Virus record (IMG/VR): IMGVR_UViG_3300044453_000224
Span: 1 to 25,660 of that record
From: a virus
Taxonomy: Duplodnaviria; Caudoviricetes
Length of the DNA: 25,660 bases
Direction: 5' to 3' (one strand)
In this document: piece by piece, positions 1 through 9,923 of the stretch
Numbering within the stretch: position 1 is the first letter of the stretch
How the letters are laid out: each line of letters begins with the position of its first letter
The notes under the pieces: model-generated
What the model saw: only the letters and a program-made list of their open reading frames with translations
What the model was told of the DNA's origin: nothing
Database searches by the model: none
Translations under genes and position numbers: made by a program

Positions 1-1156
1 CACGAAACCAGGCGCCAAAAATGCGGTCGAGAATGGATCGCCCGATCTGGTCTTGGTCAACCCGCATGGCCTTAAAGTATGTTTGGTGGTCGAGTCGTCC
101 GCTGGCGTAGTTGTAGCCACTGCTGTTACCGGCGGCGACATTGAAGGGCATCTGTAAACAGCGGGCAATTTCGTTTAAGACTTCGCGTTTAAATTCACCA
201 TAGGTCGAAGCTGGCTGCTCGGCTTTGACCTGGCCTAATTTCCAGCCACCGGGCATGGTCAACAGCGTGTTGCGCTCCAGTTCGATACTGTCCATCGGCT
301 CAACTGCATCGGCTTCGCCACCAGCTGGTGCATCGGTATAGAGAATACCTGCGAAGTAGGCAGCGGCCTTGGCGGCATCCAGCGTGGCTAAGGTATAATC
401 ACGCAGGAGTGCAAAGAGCGGTAGCGCGGCTGTGAGTTCGGGAATACCGCGTACTTGCCCTGGCCGCTCGCTACGAAAATCATGAATCACCACGGTGGCA
501 GGCAGTCGTTGATAATCGAGGAGCCCTGCGCTCAACCCGGCAGCGAGTCCGTCGCCCGGATGACTGCGTAATTGATGGTACTCGATGGGATTACCGAAAG
601 CATCAAAGCGGATGCCATCGACGATACCGGGGTCGCCAGCATGGCGTGGATCAGGTGTGGTGATCTGGTCAGCCTCGATCACGCGCAGGTCCAGATGTAC
701 CCGCGATGACAAGGCCGGGTTGGTCATCAAGACGGCAAAACTTTCTCCGTCTTGGCAGCGGGCCATGCGCATGGTGCGTAATTTATTCGGCAAATCGATA
801 GCAATTGCCCACGCTGCAAATTCTTGTTCTAAGAAGCGTTTGTCGCTTTCATTCCCGCCGAGCATTTGCAATCGTGGACCGGTACCGATGACATCGTTGG
901 CGAGTGTCGTCACGATGCCGCGTGCATAGGAATTGTTGGCGACCTCGTAGCGGGAACGATTACGCAAGGTACGGCGCACCGCTGGGCTGTTCGCGGCTTT
1001 GGCTGAAAGTCCATCAGCAGCAGCCCAATGGCGACGGCTGTTGTCGCTGTGTTGTGCAGCGTCATAGCGCGCAGTGACGCTGCTGCGTCGTTGAGGACGA
1101 TCCCGCCGAGGAGCGTCCGGTCGCTTGCCGACCAAACGTGAGGCCCAGCCGAACAT
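1..1156 (-). CDS. Phage portal protein, lambda family (3' end truncated by window)
   Basis: Not in the ORF track because it runs off the window. ATG at 1156 overlaps the upstream TGA (TGATG). Manual translation MFGWASRLVG...ARYDAAQ...LRNRSRYEVANNSYARGIVTTLANDVIGTGPRLQ matches the lambda-type portal N-terminus. Confidence 0.9.
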   Translation of the reverse strand, partial: MFGWASRLVGKRPDAPRRDRPQRRSSVTARYDAAQHSDNSRRHWAAADGLSAKAANSPAVRRTLRNRSRYEVANNSYARGIVTTLANDVIGTGPRLQMLGGNESDKRFLEQEFAAWAIAIDLPNKLRTMRMARCQDGESFAVLMTNPALSSRVHLDLRVIEADQITTPDPRHAGDPGIVDGIRFDAFGNPIEYHQLRSHPGDGLAAGLSAGLLDYQRLPATVVIHDFRSERPGQVRGIPELTAALPLFALLRDYTLATLDAAKAAAYFAGILYTDAPAGGEADAVEPMDSIELERNTLLTMPGGWKLGQVKAEQPASTYGEFKREVLNEIARCLQMPFNVAAGNSSGYNYASGRLDHQTYFKAMRVDQDQIGRSILDRIFGAWFR

Positions 1157-1359
1157 CAGGCGCTCCCCGGTGGAATCAATCGCGTCAATTTGAGTGCACC
1201 AGGCCCACGCTTGGCGGCTTCTTTATTGCACAGGTAGCGGTCAGCCTCGATTTGATCCTTGAGGCTATGTTGCTCCATTTCGCCATTGTCGCCCTTGGCC
1301 TTCTTAGCCAGTTGGGTGTTTTCTTTAATGGTCTCGCTGAGGTTGCTGTCAGTAATCAT
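1156..1359 (-). CDS. Small phage protein at the gpW (head-tail joining) position
   Basis: 67 aa between terminase and portal, translationally coupled to the portal. Function inferred from position only. Confidence 0.7.
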   Translation of the reverse strand: MITDSNLSETIKENTQLAKKAKGDNGEMEQHSLKDQIEADRYLCNKEAAKRGPGALKLTRLIPPGSA

Positions 1360-1371
1360 CTGCTCTGAGGG

Positions 1372-1402
1372 TTACTTACGTCAGAGCAGGATGCAGTTTC
1401 CC
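1372..1402 (-). promoter_or_regulatory. Putative phage-sigma promoter, copy 1 (GGGAAA-N13-TGACGTAAGTAA)
   Basis: Minus strand GGGAAA ctgcatcctgctc TGACGTAAGTAA in the terminase-gpW gap. Same boxes and spacing at 12227-12257 and 17332-17362. Confidence 0.75.
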
Positions 1403-1406
1403 AACT

Positions 1407-3683
1407 TTACCGGCGTTGTCGTTTCTGCTGCTTGAGAGCTGATAATTTTACTGGCTTACTGCGCGGTTGGGCACCAGTCGTAGCAAGCGTTGGCAGCGTC
1501 ACCCCGAGCATTGATGCACCGACCGCACAACCGACGAGTCCATCCCACAAGTGATTATCGCTGATCGACGGACGTAATTTCCATTCATTCACTTGGCGAC
1601 CACGGCCTTCGGTAAGCACCCAATACTCAGACGTGCAGTGCTCGGCGAGCATGCGGTGCAGTTCAGGCTGGCGGCCAAATACACTTAAACCGCCATGATC
1701 ACCCATCGGTGTCGCCAGTCGGGTATGGACAAACGATTTCCAATAGTTGGTGTCGTACAGTACATGGCGTATAGCGCGGCGACCAACTAAAGCTGGTACG
1801 CGCCAGTTGAGACCAATCAGGTCACCTGGCTTGCGCTTGTAAGCATTGAACGGTTGTGAACTGGCCCCGGCGTATCGCCCATGACTGGGATAGAGCTGGC
1901 TATTTAATGGTGCTGATTGGCAGAAATTATAAACGATATCGGTGGACTGTCCCCAGTTGGCGTCGATCAATAACCGCTCCAAGCCGAGTGCGGCACCATC
2001 GTCACGTTGCCAGCGACGCGCTAACAGTCGTTCGACCAAACGTTTCAAAGCTGCATGCAGCGCGCCTTCCCAACCCACACCACCAGCAACAGCAAGCAAG
2101 GTCGGGTCGGCATCACGCAAGGTAAAATAGTTTCGTTTTTGGTCCGGTTCCGCGCCATAATCCAACACCCAGCCCGTAAAGTCGTCAGCCCAGCCGCAGA
2201 TAATCCAATATAATAATGCCCCTTGTACGTCGATAAATCCGGTGATGTGTTGTAACGCAATCGGCGCACGTCCACGGCGGTAGCCATTCACTCGCGCCAT
2301 AATGTCATCGACGGTCAGTTGCTCATCGGTGCCGGTATCATCGGCCAAGGGCTGGTTTTGATATTCCGACCAAAACGCTGCCTCGTCTTGTAGTTTAAGA
2401 TTCATCGCATGCTGAATCGCTGAGGCTTCGTCAGGATTAAACCGCGCAGGCCACGACACGACTGCACCTTGATCCATCGCGGTTTGATGTTTGCGATAAA
2501 ATACCGTCGCGGCTTCGATGGTACCAACGGCGCGCAAAGTATCAGCGCGCAGTGTCGCGTACTCATCCCAGAGTTTTGTATTGGTGGGAAAGGACTCGAC
2601 CATTTTGGTGCGTTCACCATTCCACTCTGGATGTAGCTCTCGGTCGAGAATGCGGTCAGCCATGTCACCGGGACGAATCACCGTGCAGGGCATCACGCCG
2701 GTAATTTTCTTACCTGGTCCGGCTAAACCCAACACCGCTCCGGCAATGATCCGTTCACGAGTGGCGCATTGCGAGAGTGAGCGTGCTGACTCATCGGTTT
2801 GCGGATCGTCAGGAATGACCAAATCAGGCCGCACCGTACTGCCATCAGCCAGCTTGTGTTTCATGCCGCGAATGCGGCCCGTGAGTCCAGCGACACGAAT
2901 AATCGAACCACTGGCAACAGAATCGGGAATGGTCGGCAAAATAATTTCTTTAGCGGTCCACGTAATCAGTGTGCGCTCACCGTCACAGAGCTGGCCCGAA
3001 CAGCGGTTGGCGATGCCCTCCAGGCGATGAATCGGATAGACAATTTCGGGGAAATCTTCGAGCAACAGCTCATTGGTTTCCATTTCGGTTTTAATACTAT
3101 CAAGCATCGACCCGGCGTGATCTTCATCGGCACCGATCAGACAAACAAAGCGCCGATGACCGTAGAGAATCGCCCACAGTCCACCGCATTCCGCCAAGAC
3201 CGATTTGCCCGTACCGCGTGGGGCAGCCACCGCGAACAAGCCACCCTGCAAAACGGATTGCTCAATGCGGCTGATAATCCGGTCATGGATCGGCGACCAA
3301 TCCAAGTGAAAGGTGTTCGGGCAGTAGGCTTCGCAAAAGCGTTTCAAATCACGCTCACAGGTCGCTTTGCGGGCCGGATCAACGACCTGTGGCAATGGTG
3401 CAATATCTCGACCAGCACGCGCAATTGAGGCATTGCGTTGGCGAGCGGCTTCTTTGCGGGCTTCGTAATCGCGTGCTGGTTCGTTGCTGCGTGGCTGATG
3501 TTTTTGATCAGCAATCCAGGCCGCATAGCGCAAGAAGTTGATGCGCGAGCCAGCGCCCAAACGCAAACCTGCCCGTGTGCGATGACGGCCCAAATGTCGT
3601 TCAGAAATAACTGGACCAAGCGGCGTGCTATTAAGCACCCGCGCCAACTGGCTCGGTCGCAACTGCGTCAGGTCAAGCTCCAC
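1407..3683 (-). CDS. Terminase large subunit, GpA-like
   Basis: Walker A APRGTGKS, PDDPQ Walker-B region, nuclease motifs GFIDVQ and NHLWDGLVG; lies upstream of the portal. Start is GTG 3683 (GAGGT upstream) or ATG 3695. Confidence 0.88.
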   Translation of the reverse strand: MELDLTQLRPSQLARVLNSTPLGPVISERHLGRHRTRAGLRLGAGSRINFLRYAAWIADQKHQPRSNEPARDYEARKEAARQRNASIARAGRDIAPLPQVVDPARKATCERDLKRFCEAYCPNTFHLDWSPIHDRIISRIEQSVLQGGLFAVAAPRGTGKSVLAECGGLWAILYGHRRFVCLIGADEDHAGSMLDSIKTEMETNELLLEDFPEIVYPIHRLEGIANRCSGQLCDGERTLITWTAKEIILPTIPDSVASGSIIRVAGLTGRIRGMKHKLADGSTVRPDLVIPDDPQTDESARSLSQCATRERIIAGAVLGLAGPGKKITGVMPCTVIRPGDMADRILDRELHPEWNGERTKMVESFPTNTKLWDEYATLRADTLRAVGTIEAATVFYRKHQTAMDQGAVVSWPARFNPDEASAIQHAMNLKLQDEAAFWSEYQNQPLADDTGTDEQLTVDDIMARVNGYRRGRAPIALQHITGFIDVQGALLYWIICGWADDFTGWVLDYGAEPDQKRNYFTLRDADPTLLAVAGGVGWEGALHAALKRLVERLLARRWQRDDGAALGLERLLIDANWGQSTDIVYNFCQSAPLNSQLYPSHGRYAGASSQPFNAYKRKPGDLIGLNWRVPALVGRRAIRHVLYDTNYWKSFVHTRLATPMGDHGGLSVFGRQPELHRMLAEHCTSEYWVLTEGRGRQVNEWKLRPSISDNHLWDGLVGCAVGASMLGVTLPTLATTGAQPRSKPVKLSALKQQKRQRR

Positions 3684-3870
3684 GCGCAACCTCATGCACC
3701 AGCCATGCAGTGTAGGCGATCAGGTTCAGCGTCCCGTCAGCGTTGGTTGGCGCACCAGCAGCGATGTCAGCTTGCACCGCTGCTGCCGTAACATGCTCCG
3801 CGCCTGAAGCCTGTAGCAGTTCGGCCATCTTCTCAGGCGTGAGAGAACCAGCGGCAGGCTCGGTGGGCAT
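3673..3870 (-). CDS. Small DNA-binding protein, putative terminase small subunit (Nu1-like)
   Basis: ATG 3870 with AGGAG RBS. HTH-like start (LTPEKMAELL). Overlaps the terminase start and lies just downstream of the cos-like site. Confidence 0.65.
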   Translation of the reverse strand: MPTEPAAGSLTPEKMAELLQASGAEHVTAAAVQADIAAGAPTNADGTLNLIAYTAWLVHEVARGA

Positions 3871-3937
3871 GAAGACTCCTTGCAATAAGGCATGAAAAAC
3901 GGTCAGCGGACAAAAAAAACAAACTTAAAAAAGTAGC

Positions 3938-3986
3938 GTCACGGGGGCGCGCGGTATCAAGCCACATCAGCCACCAGGAAGGACCC
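3938..3986 (-). other. Putative cos site (cosQ-like GGGTCCT plus GC-rich cosN candidate)
   Basis: Minus strand GGGTCCTTCCTGGTG...GATAC CGCGCGCCCCCG TGAC, then T-tracts, upstream of the terminase genes. Lambda cosQ is GGGTCCT. Confidence 0.55.
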
Positions 3987-4467
3987 GCGACCGTCGTTTG
4001 ACCGACTCGCTCCGGTCCCGCAGGAGACAACGCACGGGTGGTTGATAGCCACGCGGTATGCCTGCATTGATGGCGGTGGTGATGATCTCATGGCCATAGC
4101 GGTGCAGCGCCCAACGTCTGACCGCCGCCAAGCGCTGGCGAATAGCGGCTACTGTATCGGCAGGTGCTTGGCCTGCCGTGGCTAAGCGTTGGGCTTGCGC
4201 GGTACGATGGACGAGCCAAGCGAACCAGCCCGGATCACAGCGGCGATAGACGCGACCGATACCATCGTCATCGACTTGTGAGCAATCACGACCATAGCAG
4301 CGGGCGACATCCTCAGTCATACCCCAATAGTGAGCATCTGGACTCACATACAGAACCGAGAATACCAGCAGACCAGTGGCAGGCTCTGGCTGAGTAACAG
4401 GCTCAGGCACAACAGGCTTTGGCTGTGTTGGTTGAGCAGGCTGATTGATCAAATCTAGGAGACGCAT
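3967..4467 (-). CDS. Hypothetical phage protein
   Basis: About 166 aa, co-oriented with its neighbours, GGGAG upstream. Start at 4467 or 4473. No recognised motif. Confidence 0.65.
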   Translation of the reverse strand: MRLLDLINQPAQPTQPKPVVPEPVTQPEPATGLLVFSVLYVSPDAHYWGMTEDVARCYGRDCSQVDDDGIGRVYRRCDPGWFAWLVHRTAQAQRLATAGQAPADTVAAIRQRLAAVRRWALHRYGHEIITTAINAGIPRGYQPPVRCLLRDRSESVKRRSRVLPGG

Positions 4468-4588
4468 GTGCATGTCTCCCTGTGGCCTGATGTCCCACCG
4501 TGTCCTAAGACTTTGCCATTGTACCCTCTACTAGGCTTTATGGGCTTATGTTCTCTGGCCGTTCCAAGCCCTATAGCCCTCAATACTG

Positions 4589-4698
4589 CTAGGACATCTA
4601 GGACAGCTAGGACATCACCGCGTAAGGTAGCACTTCTCAATAGCTTACAGAAAGCTGGGAAATTGAGCGGGCTAGGACACGCTAGGACAGCTAGGACA
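4589..4698. repeat. Six CTAGGACA direct repeats in two trios; candidate replication origin
   Basis: Copies at 4589, 4598, 4607, 4672, 4682 and 4691, with an inverted partial TGTCCTA at 4501. Immediately downstream of the primase gene. Confidence 0.8.
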
Positions 4699-4705
4699 CA
4701 TTTGA

Positions 4706-7216
4706 TCATGATTGCCCCCAGAGATCGCCTGTCGGACTGAGTGAACGGTTAGCGGGGTTCAGTCGGATGTCTTGATAGGCCCAATAGCGATCACCGGACG
4801 AGCCACGGCGTACTCGTTTGATACCGGGTAGGACCGCGCGCAGCTTCGTACCAAAGGTTGCTTTCGAGCCGGGTGCGCGGCCTTCGTTATCACACCACAA
4901 TTGCCAATCGTCGTACAGTGTCGCAACGGGCGTGAGGCCGAGACCTGGCCCGACCTCGACGCGATCTTCGAGCCAGGATTTCATTGGTGACGCTAAGTGT
5001 TCAAATTCTTCCTTTTGATCAGCACCGCTGGCTGGTTCTAATAGTTTCCCGCGTTGCCGTAGCGCTCGTAGGCCAATTAAGGCCCAATTGGCAATGCCTG
5101 GTAACTCGGCCATGATCCGACCTTCGAGGGTTTCATCTTCATTGCCGCGATGACTCACCAGAAATGGAAACACCAGCAAACGGGCCGAAAGCGCGCCTGA
5201 TGGATCGGGTAAATTTAATAATTCATTACCGACGAAGGTCAGCCGGGTAGCTAATTTCATCGTCAACGCTGACACATTTTTTCGGTCAATTGTTTGTGGG
5301 TCTTCACCGGAAATGGCGAGTATGGTTTCGACGACTGCAATCGGATCCGTCGAGCGGCCAATGCGTACGTCATAAGCGATTGCTGCTAATTTACCAATAA
5401 ATGGCCACAAGCCGAAACGTTCAGACAGCGATGACACTTTGGGGGCAACTACGTTCTCTTCACCGAGAATAGCTCGGAGGACGCGGGCTGTAATTCCTTT
5501 ACCCGCACGCGGCGCACCGACCAACATAGCCATTTTTTGCAGCGAGGTATCAGCCGTGAGATTGTAGCCAAACCACATGGCTAGGCCGACTATCCAGCTT
5601 TGGTCACCTTGCGCACAACGGTCAATAAATTGCTCCCAGATCGGACATTCGGCCTCTGGGTCAAAGTCATGCGGTAAGACTTGCGGCGAAAACCAGGCCG
5701 GTGTATGAGGCTGCAAGGCCGTTAACGGTTCGTCGGGGTGCGCAATCCAATCGGAAATCGACAGCAAACCATTATGAAACGCGATGATGTCGTGTGGTTC
5801 ATGCGGCTGCTGATCGGCTGCAAGCACCTGGCTCTCGTGGTTCAGCCAACACGGCGCAAACTCGGCGTTCAGTTGGGTCAGTGCCGCTAAGGCATCTAGT
5901 ATATTTGATACTTTGTACGCGTTGGGCTTAAACGGCTCGATACCGCCTTGCTGATTTTCCGTCCAGGCGGTTTTGCAAAAAGCATACACCACCGCGCGCA
6001 TGTGCGCCTGCGTTAACTCGGCGTAATGCGTCCCGGTCCAAGCCCACCAGCCGTCTTGAAAACGATGCAAGGTACGCTGGCCCGCATGCTGCCACTGTTC
6101 ATGGAGCAGCTGCTCGGCGGTGGTCATTGGGTCGTGCGGATCCAACCAGCGTTTGGTATCACTGAGCGCTTCAGCAGATACAGCTTGTTCAATAAGTTGG
6201 ATAAGTTTTGTTTTATTGATACGGTCGCCATCAATGTCGGCAGCATCGTGGCCTTTGGGCAACTCTTTTACATCGAGCAATTGTTCGAGTTTATGGCGAT
6301 CAATCACGCGAAGGTCCTGAGCATCCGCTGCCTTGGCCAGCTTCGCAACCTGTATCGCGTATGTTGTTCCAGCAGCATCAGCATCCGGCCAAAGAACGAC
6401 GCGGCGACCAGCGAGTGCGGACCAGTCAGCTTTGTGAACGGCTTTGCAACCGCCGGGGCTGGTAATGGCGATCAATGTTTTGCTGCCAATCAGGCGATTG
6501 GCAGCCATGGCTGCTTTTTCGCCTTCGCAGACCAACACCACCGCATCGAGGTACTGTGCGAGCCAGGCGAGACCAAAGAGTGGACGCGGATCGGGAAATG
6601 CTTGCAGACACCAGCGTTGTTCACCGGTCTGCCTGTGACGGCAGTACGTCACGGGCAAGGTTATTTTACCATCATTGCCGCTTGGTAATCGGATGACGTA
6701 CCCGAGCAGCTCACCATTTTCATTCTTGTAGGGCCAAATGATGGTTGGGCGTAAAGGATTGCTGCTCTCTTTTTTCGGACTGAATAAGGGCGTGGTCCAA
6801 TAGCGGTCTGCCATCATCGGTGGGGCATCGCCAGGCACTGGCATGACAGTTTGCCAGTCGGTTGCTGGCGATTGTCGCTCCTGCGCTGAGGATACGTATT
6901 GCATGGGTGTGCTCACATCATCGACGCTTTCGCCTATGGCCTCAGCCACGATGTGCGCGGCTTCGCGTTGGCTTGCTGATTGATTCAGATAGGCATATAA
7001 ACTGATCAGATCACCGCCCTTGTCCTCCGTGGCAAAGTCCAACCAGCGCCCATCCAACAACGACACCGAAAAGCTGCCCATGTTGCTATCAGCACGCGTC
7101 GGATTACGCACCACGTAATCATGGCCGCGTACTTCTCCACCAGGCAACCACTGTTCGAGCAGCGTTTCAATATGTTCCAGCGCTGCCGCAGCGAGGGCCG
7201 GGAAGTCGATGGGCAA
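4706..7216 (-). CDS. Phage primase-helicase, P4 alpha/D5-like (Toprim plus SF3 helicase)
   Basis: Toprim motifs VCEGEKAA and LWPDAD, D5_N-like FHNGLL, SF3 Walker A GAPRAGKG, C-terminal winged-helix-like LYDDWQLWC. Confidence 0.9.
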   Translation of the reverse strand: MPIDFPALAAAALEHIETLLEQWLPGGEVRGHDYVVRNPTRADSNMGSFSVSLLDGRWLDFATEDKGGDLISLYAYLNQSASQREAAHIVAEAIGESVDDVSTPMQYVSSAQERQSPATDWQTVMPVPGDAPPMMADRYWTTPLFSPKKESSNPLRPTIIWPYKNENGELLGYVIRLPSGNDGKITLPVTYCRHRQTGEQRWCLQAFPDPRPLFGLAWLAQYLDAVVLVCEGEKAAMAANRLIGSKTLIAITSPGGCKAVHKADWSALAGRRVVLWPDADAAGTTYAIQVAKLAKAADAQDLRVIDRHKLEQLLDVKELPKGHDAADIDGDRINKTKLIQLIEQAVSAEALSDTKRWLDPHDPMTTAEQLLHEQWQHAGQRTLHRFQDGWWAWTGTHYAELTQAHMRAVVYAFCKTAWTENQQGGIEPFKPNAYKVSNILDALAALTQLNAEFAPCWLNHESQVLAADQQPHEPHDIIAFHNGLLSISDWIAHPDEPLTALQPHTPAWFSPQVLPHDFDPEAECPIWEQFIDRCAQGDQSWIVGLAMWFGYNLTADTSLQKMAMLVGAPRAGKGITARVLRAILGEENVVAPKVSSLSERFGLWPFIGKLAAIAYDVRIGRSTDPIAVVETILAISGEDPQTIDRKNVSALTMKLATRLTFVGNELLNLPDPSGALSARLLVFPFLVSHRGNEDETLEGRIMAELPGIANWALIGLRALRQRGKLLEPASGADQKEEFEHLASPMKSWLEDRVEVGPGLGLTPVATLYDDWQLWCDNEGRAPGSKATFGTKLRAVLPGIKRVRRGSSGDRYWAYQDIRLNPANRSLSPTGDLWGQS

Positions 7217-7231
7217 AACCGTCTCCTTGAA

Positions 7232-9450
7232 TTACTTGAGCCAGTGAGCGAGAAAACTACGGCGCTTATCGGCCTGCACGGTTTGCGCGCAGTGCTTCAT
7301 GCCCCAGGCATCACCAATTAAAATACAGGCCCGCGCTGCACGAGTGACGGCGGTATAAAGCCAATTGCGGTGATGCTGAAAGCTGTGGGCTTTATGGCAG
7401 ATCACGATCACACAGGGCCACTCACTGCCTTGCGCTTTATGCACAGTCAAGGCATAGGCGAGTTGGAGCCGATCCCATTTTGCTTTTGGCACTCGCACTA
7501 CGCGCCGATCAAAACGGATTGCCAAGGCATCGACTGGCTTGCCATCGTCATTGGTGATCGTGGTGCGATCTTCAATGACCCCAATTTGTCCGTTAAACAC
7601 ATCCAGGTCATAATCATTGCGGGTCCACACGACTTTATCACCGATGAGCAGTGGTTGTCGTTTGCCAAAGCCGCCAACGCGCCATGCCGCCTCGATGCGA
7701 TCATCGCCGTGGACCAATCGTTGGATGAAGACGTTGAGCGCTTTGGTACCGAGTGGTCCTTGATGGGTCGGTGTCAATATCTGTACGTCGCGCAAACGCT
7801 GTGTGCCGGTGTAGCCAAGCTTATCTGGGATAATTTCTTGCCAGAGTTGTTCAAGAACACCAGGGATGCGTCCGACGTTTTGATGGTTATTGAGCACATG
7901 CCAACTGGTGCGCTGTTCATGGAGCATGCTGTCATCATCGCGGGCTGTCTTGGCGAGTTCACCATCTAGCACCGCCAAACTGTTTGCACGCAGTACCCCG
8001 GCTTGCCGCATTACTTGATGCAGTTCGGTAATCGGCAGGGAATCGGTTGCTAAGACATCGCGCAAAAACGCGCCCGCGCCAACGGGTGGTAGCTGGTTTT
8101 TATCACCGACAAACACGACATGGGTATGCGCAGTATCGAGCGCTGCTGTTAGGCGATAGCTCAGCTCCACGTCATTCATGGATGTTTCATCGACAATGAC
8201 AAGATCAGCATCGAGCGGGTTGTCCTCGTTACGCTGCCAGCCCTCAACAGGGCTATACTGCAAGAGGCGATGGTGGTCATGGCTTCAATGTCACAGCCAG
8301 CCTTGCCGACTTGTTCAGCCATACGCTGGGCTGCTTTGCCAGTCGGCGCAGCCATGGCGACGCTGAAGCCAGCATGAGTAGCAATACGAACAATCGTCGC
8401 GATGGTAAATGTTTTGCCGACTCCGGCCCCACCAGTAATGACGCTGGCACGATGGGTAAAAGCTGACAATGCTGCCAAGTTTTGTTGTTCATTCATGTGA
8501 GCGGGCAGCTGGGCCAAGACCGTTACTTCATCGAGCAACGGATCATTGGTCGCGTTGGCATCGTGTATCCAGTCAGCAACGGCTTGCTCCCATTCGGCGA
8601 TGTGTGGCAAGCAATACGCAGTCGTCGTACCCAGGCGATGCCGTCCTACGTCATCGCATACCACCAGAGCATCGAGCTGGTTGGCAATCAGCGTTGTTGC
8701 GTCGAGTTCGTCGAGAGCCAAGACGTTGACCCCGTCGCGCACCAAGTCGGCATGTGCCATCCAGCAATGACCCTCACGAGTGCTTTCTTTGATGAGATGT
8801 AGTAAACCTGCTCGCACGCGGCCCGGATGTCGTTTGGCAACACCGAGTCGTTGCGCGACTTGATCAACCCGTGCAAAGCCCAAGCCGTCCGCCGCACCAA
8901 CCAAGCGATACGGATCCTCTGCTAAAAGAGCGGCAGCATTGGGACCGAGTGTTTGGCAAATGGTCGTGATTTGATGATACGTCAAACCATACGCAGCGAG
9001 TCGCGTGGCAACCGCATTGACGTTCGCACACGCCTGCCACGACTGTGCAAGTTGTGCCACATGATCGGGATTAAGGCCAAAGGCCTTGCAAAGTTCTTCT
9101 GGCCGGTGCACTAATACATCACCAAACTCGGCGCCATAGCGTTTGGCAATTTGCTGTCCTTTTTTCGGACCAATACCTTTAGCATCCGGATGCACGGCTA
9201 AGAAATGCGCCAACCCGGCAGCATCCAGAGGCAGATCAATAGTCATCGTGGTCGCGGCAAATTGACGTCCGTATTTCGGATGCACCGACCAGACACCATG
9301 GAGCGTGATGGTTTGCCCGCTGCTAAGGAGCGCCGGGCAGGTGAAGGTCTGCGGTTGGCATTGATCAGACGGAACAATCGTGCCGATAGTGAAGCGGTCG
9401 TTGCTGAAGCGAATGTGCCGAACGGTGCCGGCCAGCGTCGTAGTACTCAT
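7232..9450 (-). pseudogene. recD2: RecD2/TraA-like SF1B helicase split by a 1-bp deletion at 8273/8274
   Basis: The 5' ORF carries HPKYGRQF, HhH GIGPKK, GGAGVGKT and APTGKAA. The 3' ORF carries IVDETSM, GDKNQLPPVG, YALTVHKAQGSE and LYTAVTRA. Adding one T restores MTIHRLLQY. A sequencing error is also possible. Confidence 0.85.
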
Positions 9451-9923
9451 GAAATATCCTTGCCGTGCAAACGGCGTGCTGTGCGTGCTAACCAGGCTGT
9501 TGCCCACAGGCGGGCATGCGGTCGGTCACCAGCGAAAAAAACGGGAACCTGATAGTCAACCTGAGCAGAAAGAGCTCGACCCAGAATGGCGCGGGGAGCG
9601 GCGGCAGAGCGCTGATGTTGGGCAAAAACATCTGGCAATCCGGCTTCAACGACGATCACTGCGGTGGTGAGCGCACTCAATCGTTGTAGTTCACGGTGCC
9701 ATCGCTCGGCGTCATGGATGACCGTGTGCGTCCAGTCAGCCAACGATTTGCGCTCGATAACGCACTCCTGCTCCAAACCAGCCAGCGAATAATCACCGGT
9801 TGCGAGCGTTGCCGGTTGCACCGCAATGTCGGGTTCAGCCCACGTCCACGGGCGTTGTTCGCGTCGATCAACAAGAATGGTGAGACGCGGGTTACGCCCG
9901 TGGCGTGCGCTGTTACCTGGCAT
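9447..9923 (-). CDS. ERCC4-domain nuclease (putative resolvase)
   Basis: ILVDRREQ, LATGDYS and IERKS motifs; coupled to both neighbours. Confidence 0.88.
   Translation of the reverse strand: MPGNSARHGRNPRLTILVDRREQRPWTWAEPDIAVQPATLATGDYSLAGLEQECVIERKSLADWTHTVIHDAERWHRELQRLSALTTAVIVVEAGLPDVFAQHQRSAAAPRAILGRALSAQVDYQVPVFFAGDRPHARLWATAWLARTARRLHGKDIS

Noticed and set aside
4657-4690. GGGAAA as a fourth promoter copy
   Set aside because: No TGACGTAAGTAA follows at 13 nt.
4589-4698. Possible CRISPR array
   Set aside because: Repeats are 8 bp with no unique spacers, and there are no cas genes.
4455-4740. Short ORFs with repeated peptides (VLAVL on minus, TARTS on plus)
   Set aside because: The periodicity is a by-product of the CTAGGACA DNA repeats.
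8255-8285. Programmed ribosomal frameshift in recD2
   Set aside because: No slippery sequence; a simple deletion inside a conserved motif explains it.
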